A stretch of 64,000 bases of DNA from Endomicrobiia bacterium. GTDB lineage: Bacteria > Elusimicrobiota > Endomicrobiia > DTEH01. The stretch is from assembly GCA_039630545.1 (NCBI GenBank), contig JBCNUU010000004.1, positions 77,207 through 141,206 of the forward strand. The letters are read 5' to 3'. Made by a program: the position numbers and the translations under genes. Shown in pieces: positions 40,161-49,800 of this stretch (its first letter is position 1; every line of letters begins with the position of its first letter). Below the pieces are notes generated by a model that did not search any database, was not told the DNA's origin, and saw nothing but the letters and a program-made list of their open reading frames with translations.

Positions 40161-41258
40161 TTATATAACTTTACACAGCTGCTTAAAGTAGTTTCCCCCA
40201 GCAACTTGGTTAATTAAGTTTAACTGTCTTACTCTAAGTTTAGTATCACTCCAGGTAAAATTTCCATATTTTTTATAACATTCTGTAGAATATCTTGGAG
40301 AATATGGAAATATATGATACCAGTTTAGATTAAGATTTTTCAGCCGGTCAAAGACTATTTTAAATTTCTCCTTTGTTTCTAATGGATAACCAACTATCAC
40401 ATCAGACGAAATTATTACATCAGGAATTACTTTCTTTAATCTATTTATCACCTTAAGAAACTCTCCATAAGTATAATCTCTTCTCATATCTTCCAAAATC
40501 TCATCAACAGGTGACTGGAGAGCTATATGAAAATGTGAAAAAATTCTGTTTTTATACCTGATTAAAAAATCAAAAAATTTTTCTGTTAAATCTGAAGGAT
40601 TAAGAGAAGAAAACAATAAGGTAATTTTGGGAAAAATTTTTAAAATTTTTTCTGATAAGTCTATAAAATCACCTTGAAAATTATATTTAGCAATATTGGT
40701 ACCCACAAGATATATTTCTGTATAACCATTCTTGTAAAGATGTTCTATTTCTTTTAATATATTTTCTTCAGGTCTGCTTATGAGTGGATTTCTTAAATAA
40801 GGCACAATACAATAACTGCAAAAATTGTTACAACCATCCTGTATTTTCACGTATGCTCTTTGGGGACCAAAAAATTTGGTTATAGTCTGTTCTACTTCAC
40901 ATATTTTTGGATTTATAAAAGTGTATTTGTTTTTGTTGCCTAAAAAATCAACAGGTAAGTCAACAGAAAGTCGTTCAAAAAATTTAGAATGTAAATTATG
41001 GTTACATACGTATTCAGCATAACATCCTGAAAGGATAATTCTTTTTGCATTTTTGCTTTCATTATAAACTCTTCTTATAAACTTATATACATCCCTCTCA
41101 GCAGCATAAGTAACAGCACAACTGTTTATCACAACAATATCTGCATCAAGATAATTTTCAACCACTTTTTTTCCATGCCTGACCAGGAGTTCTTTGATAA
41201 GTTGACTTTCGTACTGATTTGTTTTACAACCAAATGTTCTTATAAAATATCTATTCAT
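40161..41258 (-). CDS. mtaB: radical SAM methylthiotransferase, MtaB-like, no C-terminal TRAM domain
   Basis: UPF0004 cysteines (TFGCKTNQYES, INSCAVT, SGCYAE), KIQDGCNNFCSYCIVP, DVIVGYP, FPYSPR; dnaJ-rsmE-mtaB synteny. Confidence 0.75.
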   Translation of the reverse strand: MNRYFIRTFGCKTNQYESQLIKELLVRHGKKVVENYLDADIVVINSCAVTYAAERDVYKFIRRVYNESKNAKRIILSGCYAEYVCNHNLHSKFFERLSVDLPVDFLGNKNKYTFINPKICEVEQTITKFFGPQRAYVKIQDGCNNFCSYCIVPYLRNPLISRPEENILKEIEHLYKNGYTEIYLVGTNIAKYNFQGDFIDLSEKILKIFPKITLLFSSLNPSDLTEKFFDFLIRYKNRIFSHFHIALQSPVDEILEDMRRDYTYGEFLKVINRLKKVIPDVIISSDVIVGYPLETKEKFKIVFDRLKNLNLNWYHIFPYSPRYSTECYKKYGNFTWSDTKLRVRQLNLINQVAGGNYFKQLCKVI

Positions 41259-41271
41259 AGTTTAGTTGAAT

Positions 41272-41997
41272 TTAACAATTTTTTATATAAAAAACAATAG
41301 AAGAAGAAACTATAGCTGCTGTTTCACTTCTTAAAGTATTTTCAGAAATGTTAATAAAGAAAGTTTTTTTTTGCTGCTTTAAAAATTCTATTTCTTCTTC
41401 CGAAAAATCACCTTCCGGACCTACAAATATTCTTATGTTATTTGAGTCTTTTATCTGTTTCATAATGTCAGAGAAATTTTTTTGAGAGTTTTTATTTAAA
41501 ACAATATTCAAAAAATCAATTTTTTGTTCAAAAAATAACTCTTGTAATTTTTTAACAGATAAAAGCTCAGGCAAAAACCCACATTCAGATTGTTTTGCTG
41601 CTTCTAATATTATTTTGTTAAATCTTTCGTATCTTCTGGTGAAACTATCTAAGCCTACATTTACTCTCGTACAAATAACAGGTGTTATAGAGGTTACTCC
41701 TATTTCTGTTAATTTCTCAAGTGTAAGCTCAAACCTATCTATTTTTATTATACCTAAAATTACTTCTATATTATATTTTTTTTTATTCAAAAATTCTTTT
41801 TTTAAAATTTTAAGACCAACTTTATCTTTATCAATAAAATCTATCTTAGCTTCTGCTTTTATTCCTTTACCGTTAAAAATTTTAATAATATCAGAAAGTT
41901 TGTGCCTTTGAGTTTTTATTATATGATAAAATTCAGAAGAGTCAACTACTATGTATTCTGAGTTATCTGTAAGGTGAGGTGTATAAAACTGTGTCAT
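41272..41997 (-). CDS. rsmE: 16S rRNA m3U1498 methyltransferase
   Basis: EKLTEIGV, EAAKQSE, FVGPEGDFS, LRSETAA. Confidence 0.94.
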   Translation of the reverse strand: MTQFYTPHLTDNSEYIVVDSSEFYHIIKTQRHKLSDIIKIFNGKGIKAEAKIDFIDKDKVGLKILKKEFLNKKKYNIEVILGIIKIDRFELTLEKLTEIGVTSITPVICTRVNVGLDSFTRRYERFNKIILEAAKQSECGFLPELLSVKKLQELFFEQKIDFLNIVLNKNSQKNFSDIMKQIKDSNNIRIFVGPEGDFSEEEIEFLKQQKKTFFINISENTLRSETAAIVSSSIVFYIKNC

Positions 41998-42000
41998 AAA

Positions 42001-43092
42001 TTATATATCTAAACCTAAAGTTTTAGCATATTCACGAAGAGCATTTTTTTGACGCTCATTCAATTTCGTGGGGACTTCAATACTTATCTCCACATATAAA
42101 TCTCCCCTTTTACCAGTATGCAAATCAGGCATGCCTTTGTTTCTTATCCTGAAAACTTTATTCTGCTGTGTGCCTGCAGGAATTGCCATTTTTATCTTTC
42201 CTCCATCAACGGTAGGAACATCCACTTCTCCTCCTAATACTGCTACAGGGTAAGGAATCCCGATTTTACAAATAAGGTCGTCTCCCTGTCTTGAAAATAT
42301 TGGATGTGGTTCGATCCTTACTGCTACATACAAATCTCCAGGAGCACCTCCTTCAAGCCCAGCTTCTCCTTTTCCTTTTACTCTAATTGAAGTGCCGTTA
42401 TCTACACCAGGAGGTATTTTTACTACTATGTTTTCTTGCTGTTTAACTTTACCATGTCCTCCGCACTTCTCACATGGTATATCCACAACTTGTCCCTGAC
42501 CTCTACATCTTGGACAGGTCTCTTTAAAACTAAAAAAACCTCTACTATATCCAACATATCCAGAACCTTTACATTTGGGACAAATTTTTTTTGAAGTTCC
42601 TGCTTTTGCACCTGTACCCCTGCAAGAAGAACAAGTAACTGTATGATAAAAAGACAAAGATTTTTCTACTCCTTTAAATGCTTCTTCTAAAGTAATCGTA
42701 ACGGGAATTTCAATATCATCTCCCCTTTGAGGACCTTTTTTTGTCTGTTTTACCCCAAAAAAGTCAAACAAATCATCAAATACACTTCCAAAACCAATAT
42801 CTTGAAAAATACTTCCAAAATCTACACCTGAAAATATATCCTGTTGAGTATAAGAACTATCTATACCGGCATGACCGTACATATCATATTGCTTTCTCTT
42901 GTTAGGATCTGACAACACAGCATATGCTTCTGAAATCTCTTTAAATTTTTCACGCATCTCATCTTTTTTTTCAGGAGGATGTCTATCTGGATGGTATTGA
43001 ATAGCCAAACGTCTGTAGGCTTCTTCTATCTCTTTTTGTGAAGCGTTTCTTGAAACACCTAACACTTCGTAATAATCTTTTTTTACTGCCAT
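42001..43092 (-). CDS. dnaJ: chaperone DnaJ
   Basis: J domain with HPD, G/F-rich region, four CxxCxGxG repeats. Confidence 0.97.
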   Translation of the reverse strand: MAVKKDYYEVLGVSRNASQKEIEEAYRRLAIQYHPDRHPPEKKDEMREKFKEISEAYAVLSDPNKRKQYDMYGHAGIDSSYTQQDIFSGVDFGSIFQDIGFGSVFDDLFDFFGVKQTKKGPQRGDDIEIPVTITLEEAFKGVEKSLSFYHTVTCSSCRGTGAKAGTSKKICPKCKGSGYVGYSRGFFSFKETCPRCRGQGQVVDIPCEKCGGHGKVKQQENIVVKIPPGVDNGTSIRVKGKGEAGLEGGAPGDLYVAVRIEPHPIFSRQGDDLICKIGIPYPVAVLGGEVDVPTVDGGKIKMAIPAGTQQNKVFRIRNKGMPDLHTGKRGDLYVEISIEVPTKLNERQKNALREYAKTLGLDI

Positions 43093-43099
43093 AAGTTTT

Positions 43100-43720
43100 T
43101 TATTTAATTCTTTTTATTAAAACATTTTTTATATAAACAGGATTAAGAGGTTTATCTCTATGATCTCTTGGAACATTTACTATTTTTTCCACCACATCTA
43201 AACCCCTTACCACCTGACCAAATATAGTGTGTCTGTTATTAAGCCATGGAGTCGGCACTACTGTAATAAAAATCTGAGAACCATTAGTGTTAGGTCCACG
43301 ATTAGCCATAGCAACTCTGCCTGGTCTGTCAAACAAAAGCTGCGGATGGAACTCGTCTTCAAACTCATATCCAGGCCCACCTGTTCCATCTCCTTTGGGG
43401 CAGCCGGTTTGTGCCATAAAGTTAGGAATTACTCTATGAAATATAAGTCCATCATAGAACCTTTTTTTAACTTTCTGGTTAGTGTTAGGATCTAACCATT
43501 CTTTTTCACCTGACGCAAGTTCTACAAAATTTTTTACAGTTTTTGGCGCATATTTTTCATAAAGCTCAAAAACAATAACTCCATAATCAGTTATTATAGC
43601 AGCATAGTATCCTTTAGGTAATCCTTTAAAAATTTTTTTTTCTAAATTTTTTTGTTGAGAAAAAATAAAATTATTTAAAAATACCAAAATAGACATCCCT
43701 ATAAAAAAAGATTTTTTCAT
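43100..43720 (-). CDS. cyclophilin-type peptidyl-prolyl isomerase with N-terminal signal peptide
   Basis: [48 protein letters not shown] + hydrophobic N-terminus. Confidence 0.94.
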   Translation of the reverse strand: MKKSFFIGMSILVFLNNFIFSQQKNLEKKIFKGLPKGYYAAIITDYGVIVFELYEKYAPKTVKNFVELASGEKEWLDPNTNQKVKKRFYDGLIFHRVIPNFMAQTGCPKGDGTGGPGYEFEDEFHPQLLFDRPGRVAMANRGPNTNGSQIFITVVPTPWLNNRHTIFGQVVRGLDVVEKIVNVPRDHRDKPLNPVYIKNVLIKRIK

Positions 43721-43741
43721 GTTCCCTCCATTTCCAAATAA

Positions 43742-43768
43742 ATTATATTATTTTCAACAAAATATCAA
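43742..43768 (-). promoter_or_regulatory. candidate promoter for the cyclophilin-dnaJ-rsmE-mtaB operon (TTGATA-N15-TATAAT)
   Basis: -35 at 43763-43768 and perfect TATAAT at 43742-43747 on the minus strand; GGAGGG RBS at 43724-43729. Confidence 0.55.
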
Positions 43769-43843
43769 TACACGGATCCTCATTTTATTGATTAGATGTA
43801 GTGAATGTTGAAAAGTTTTCAAAAATAAAAAATTATTTTAATT

Positions 43844-46800
43844 TTATCTTATTACTCCTATCTTTCTTATAGCAGTTATTACTCCCTTTGTAGATTTTAC
43901 TTTAATCTGTGCTATATATCCACCTTTTGAAACTTTCTGCCCTGCCTGGTTTGTACCATCCCATCCACCTTCTGGAACACGATTTGCTCCTTTCTTACCA
44001 CCTTCCTGTCCTGGCTGGAATGTCCATTCTCTAACTTTAAATCCTAAAAGATCATAAATAGTCAGTGTGACCTCTGCATCTTGATTTAATAGATAAACAA
44101 TATATGTCCTCCCTTCTTCTCCACCAAGACGAATATCTACCGGGTTCGGATAATTTGAAACTTGAGAGATCACTTCTTCTGGTAAACCTGTAGATACACC
44201 ATTTGAAATCTCAGACCAGTTAGAATAACTTCCTGCATAGTTCTTAGCTCTTACACGATAATAGTAGAAATGACCTTTTTCTCTGGGTTTATTATCAGGA
44301 GTATCAGAGTTTCCAACAACAAAAGATGTTCTACTTCCTGCAACAAACCTGATTGTTCTCCAGACAGGATTTGTATCTACTCTTTCTTGAATCTCATAAC
44401 CCATAATACCTGATTCTTCATCTGAAGCTGGAGACCATTCAATAGTATAAACTCCTTCTGTAATGTCTCTGCCTGATCTATCATAATCAGACACAGGTTT
44501 AGAAGGAGCTTTTGGAGGAGTCACATCTACTCTGTATAATATTAAGGATATCACAGGTCCAGCAGTATTGCCTTGGCCTATACCATGAACACGATAAAAT
44601 GTTCCTTGATTTGTAACTTTTGTATAAGCTGGATGATCCTGTGCAGGCGTGTCGTATTTTGCTCTCTGAGTAATTCTAAATGAATTCTGTGATTTTGTTT
44701 CATAATACATTATCTCACCACCAACATATATATCTGATTTTTCTGCTGGAAAACCATCTGTAGATTCCACAAACAAGTCAAATGGTGGCGTATCCAGTCG
44801 CGAAACTGATTTGGTTAACCTTGTAACTTTTGCTGCCTGTAATGAGAGATTGGTTATAGTAAACTTTGGCGCTCTCCTGGTAGATAACCATCCACCAGGA
44901 GCAAATGCTTCTGTTAGGTTATTTACATTTGCAACATTTCCTGCTCCAACTCTATAGTCTAACACCTCAGGAGTATGTTTCCATTGAGCATAAAGTTGAG
45001 TAGTTCTGTTTGTCCATCTTTCAGGTGTATAACCCCAATCTATAATACCGTCTCTGCTAAGATCTATCTCAGGAATACCATCACCATTAACATCAGGAAC
45101 CACTGAATCCGGCTTTCCATCGCAGTTAAAATCAACATCTAAAACTCCATCTCCTGTCATATCTATAGAAAGTTTCCCATCACCTACTAAATCTATGTCA
45201 TTTTTCCTTCCATCACCATCTAGGTCTTCTAAATCGTTTGTCCCATCTTCATCTAAATCCACAAAAACTTCACCTGCTTGAGTAACTCTATCCGGCATGG
45301 TATCACCATCTACATCCACTGCTGGATATCCATCTCCAAATGGATTTGCGTATACTTGTTTTTGTGCTAATACTACCCATTTAGGCATGACTCTTGGTGC
45401 ATATTCATCTAATATCAAAACAAGCGAGCTTCTTAATGGAAATCTATTAGTAATGTGAGATTCTATTGTAGAAGGAATAGTTTCTAGTGATTTAAATGAA
45501 GTTATTTCTACTCCAACATAATGATCTTTAGTTGAAGTACCTGCCAAATCTGTTTTTCCTATGTTCCCTGCTATAAATATTCTAACAGGTGAAGTAGAGA
45601 CATACAGACCATCTTTTGGCAAACTAATTCTTGCAGCACCGGCTGAAAAATCTACTGTTGGATGAGTTACAGAGGTTATAAACAAATCAAGCGCCGGAGA
45701 GAAGAAACCATCACCATTGTCTAGCCATACAGACATTCCGGATAGATCACCTTGCCCATATCCACCAATAGCTCCTGGTGTCTGAACAGTTCCTGTTTGT
45801 GTAACATAAATTTTCTTTATTTTTACATAGTTTCTATCTGTCTGAATTGTTAGCATAATAAATGGAACATTTTGAGTTCTCTGAGGAACCTGTACGGGGG
45901 CAACTGACTCAGCAGAAACTTTCAATGTCACAGGATTTATTCTTACAAGCGATGTCTCAAAAGGATAAATATCTTGTTTTATACTTATTCCTTGAATATC
46001 TTGTTCTATTTCCAGCTGAGATGATGCTTCATTTGGATATTTAATAGTTATTGCTTCTTTACCTACAAGCTTTACTCCAACAGCGTTCCCGGCAGAAGCG
46101 TTTTCTCCTATGTCATAAGCAATAAAATATGTTTGTGGTGTAGGAGAAATTAACTGTGGTTGAACTAATGTAATTTCTTTTTGTCTGTTGAGATCGTCAT
46201 TTAGATAATACATATCGCATTTTCTTACAATACTTCCAGATGAATGATATGAAGCATAACTTCCAAGATGAGCTCTTTTTGTGATATAAAGTGCTGGATA
46301 TTCTATACCGTTTACGGCTACTGTAGCAATTTTTGTATATTCAAATATTTCGTCGTTAACTTTTACCCATAACTGAGGATGGTTTTCCGGAAAACTTCCT
46401 AAAGGAGTAGTACTTGATTTTATAACCATAAAGAAAGGAGGTCTGGTATCAGAAGAAATCTCAACCACAAGTTCCGAATAAATTTCAGAAATTAAAGTGT
46501 CTGCTGAGTCAAGTTGTTCATTGAAGTTTGCATCTTTATAGATTTTAATATATCCAACATCTGCATTTTTACCATATGGTAAAGCAGGATCAGCAGAAGA
46601 ACCTGTTTTTTCTAATCTTATTCTTTCCCATATAGCTTGTGCAACATCTGTTCTCATCTTTATTCTTAAAACAGGAACATTTTTTTCTGCCTGATATGTC
46701 CCACCTAAATTTGCTATATCTTTTGCGACATCATAAACTCTAAGTATTACTTCAGAAGGTGCTTCATAGATAGTTGTTTCAGCAGTCCTTATCGGTTTCA

Positions 46801-49800
46801 CAACAAAACTTACATCATCAGGAACCTCAACAGTTATATAGGTCTCATCTTCAACTGAAGCAGAAAATTTAGCAAATAACCTTGCAAACTCAGCTATATC
46901 GAAAGATATAAATATGTTGGTTCCTAAAGGTGAATCATCTATTACAAGAGGTGTTTTTAACTCTATATTGACTGTTTTGTCTGAAAACCTATCTGTGCCA
47001 AAGGAAAGAAGACCAGGATATTCTCCTGTAGCTGTACGAGTTGTGTCTTCTAAATCAAAAATTCCGTTGTTATTTAAATCCTTCCATATTTTGACTAATG
47101 CTATATCACCATCCACTGCTGTGCCTAACATATCAAGTTTGATACGTTTTACAGTTACTGAATTTTTATTTGATTTGAAATTAAGTCTTAAAACTCCAAC
47201 ATTTTTCTGGTTTTGATAAACACCAGGAGGCAATATTCCTTCTGCTTCAACTATCAAGGTATCTAAAGTGGGAACTATTACAGAAACTGGACTTACTATT
47301 GGGAACGCAGGATTTCCCAAAGAAGTTGCAGTCGAAACCCAGTGTCCGGCTTCTTTGGGTGCTAAATTGATGTTTGTTGGTAATGGAATAGCAACACCGA
47401 AAACTTCATTTAAATTTGATATTTGAGGATGAGTAAACTTGGCAGAAGCAGATATATCTGCTGTAACCCAGAAAATAGTTGGTGTTGTTGTAATTAATGC
47501 ATATCCACGGTTATATAAAGGATCGTTTAACATCACAGTAGCTGCAGATGCTGGATCAGGAGGAACTCCAAATTTAGCCTGCCCTAAAAATACTTCTACA
47601 TCAGGTGATATAAAGCCTGTATTAGGATCTCTATTCAGTTCTCCATCTCCGTTATCTTTCCACACCTTAATATAACTAATATCAGCATCATCTCCATTAA
47701 GTGGTGAAGGCTGGGTTCTTGTAAACTTAATTGATGGAAGTTGAACCTGAAAACCACTACAATACATAACAAGTTTCAATAAAGGAACATTCTTTTGTCC
47801 TTGAACTACTTCAAATCCTACTAAAGAACCTGAGGCGTGAGAAACAGCATAAGAACCTTCAACACCTCTCTGTACATCACTTAAGCCTTCTTGTGAAACA
47901 GAAGAGTATTTGATTATTTCGTTGTTTAATATAGCATAACCATCTTCCTTTAGCTTGTAATTTATTGCAGAAATATTTAATGGTATAAATGTATCTGTAT
48001 TGTCTATATTGGAATTTAAATAAATCGTTTCTTTTATAATCTCACCTTCTTTATTTAACCACAAAGGTTGCGCGTCTACTGTTACCATTCTTGGAGAAGG
48101 TATTATTGTTCTTAAAATTGTCTCAAATGGAATTGTAGAAGAAGATTTATCTAAATAGTTTGGCAAAGATACAGTAATGTCAGTCCATGTAGTTAAAGCA
48201 ATACCAAAAGTTTGTTCAGGATGAGCATTTTCTTCAATATCAACTGTTATAAAATATCTCTGAGAAATTTTTTCTAACTGTGCTCTTGGGGTTGTTATAA
48301 TTTTAGGTGCTACAGGGAACACAACCTGAGACATAAGTGGTTTTCCAACATTTCCAAATGTAGCTGTAGCAATACATACATCTATATCAGGATTAAGTGA
48401 ACCATTATTGTTTAAATCATACCATATCTTTATATATTTTATTTCATCAGTTAAAAGATTGTTATCAGTAGCTGACCCTGTACCATGAATGTTTATCTGT
48501 TGCCACCATGCTTCTGATTCATCTGTGTAAGCAATCAATGAAGCAATTGGCACATTTGTTTTACCCTGCTGCAGATACGCAACAACTTCTGTAGAAATAT
48601 TTATCAGCTTAAATGTGACTCTATCTGGATATTCCATTATAGAACCTATACCTGATTCTGACTTTCCTTGCGGTTTAGGACCTATTATACCAAATCTATT
48701 GGAGACATAATCTGGTTCTACTACTTTAAAGTAATCTGTAGATCTTATTGAAATACCAAGTTGAGATGCCTCATGAACTTTTGCAAGATAATTTATATCT
48801 ACTGTTATGAAATAATCTTTTGGATATTCTGAAACTATCTCTTGTCCTACCCTGTAGGGACCTAATTCATAAAAGTTACCAAGTATCCATAAGATTGCTT
48901 GCCCTGAAACTTTTGAACCTTTAGGATGAAATCTTGGCTGAGTTCCTTCTCGACCGCGCAAACAACCTGTCAGGGCATTAAGCTGCCTATCTACGCCACT
49001 GAAGTATACAACTTCAAGATTATCTGAACCATCAGAAAGAACAACCCTGCCTGGTGTTTCCGGGAATGGAGAAAAGTCAATTATTGGAGATAAAACAAGT
49101 TTTGAAACATCCTCAACATAAATTACATCAGAAGTTGTAGAAACATCTACAGCAATCTTTGTAACCGGGAATGTGTATTTCTTATCTGCTGGAGAAACAA
49201 GTGTATCTGAAGATTTATCAAATAAACCGTTATTATTTGTATCAAACCATACTTTAATGTTTTCAATATCTTCTGGTTGGTTTACTTTATTGGGGTTGTA
49301 TCTATCAAGTTTTAAACCAGTCCATATGGCTGTTCTCTGCATTGTCTGAAGTGTTAGTCTTGCAACAACTACATCTTTATCTCCTTGTGTAGCAGCTCCG
49401 GGAACCGAGAAGTTATTTGGTGAGTTTTTGTTGTAGTCTATAAGTGTCATCTCGTCGGATGTAGCTAAAACAGTAACTAAAGAGGAATAATAGCCTGGTA
49501 TGGGCAAAACTACACCTTCAGCTAACCTTATATCTGCCGAGTCAACTATAGCAGCACCATGAGTTTTGCCTATATATGCTGAGTCAGATACCTTGTAAGA
49601 TACAAAATAAGTAACGGTAGAGGGTGTTATTTCTGCGACCTGTTTAAGATAAACAACTGCTGTACGTGTTGAAAAAGCTATCCAATCACTTACACGAGTA
49701 TCCAGCGCTGGTTGGAATAATCCGTCACCTTGTTTTGGATCTCCTGTGCCATTGTCGTCTATAAACAACGCTACTCCCTTTATATCAGCATCTGTACCAC

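Noticed and set aside
43721..43843. CIRCE (HrcA) element upstream of the dnaJ-containing operon
   Set aside because: No TTAGCACTC-N9-GAGTGCTAA-like sequence is present.
44615..49162. Prophage remnant suggested by the phage-like modules
   Set aside because: The modules are in-frame parts of the giant protein, and no other phage genes are in the window.
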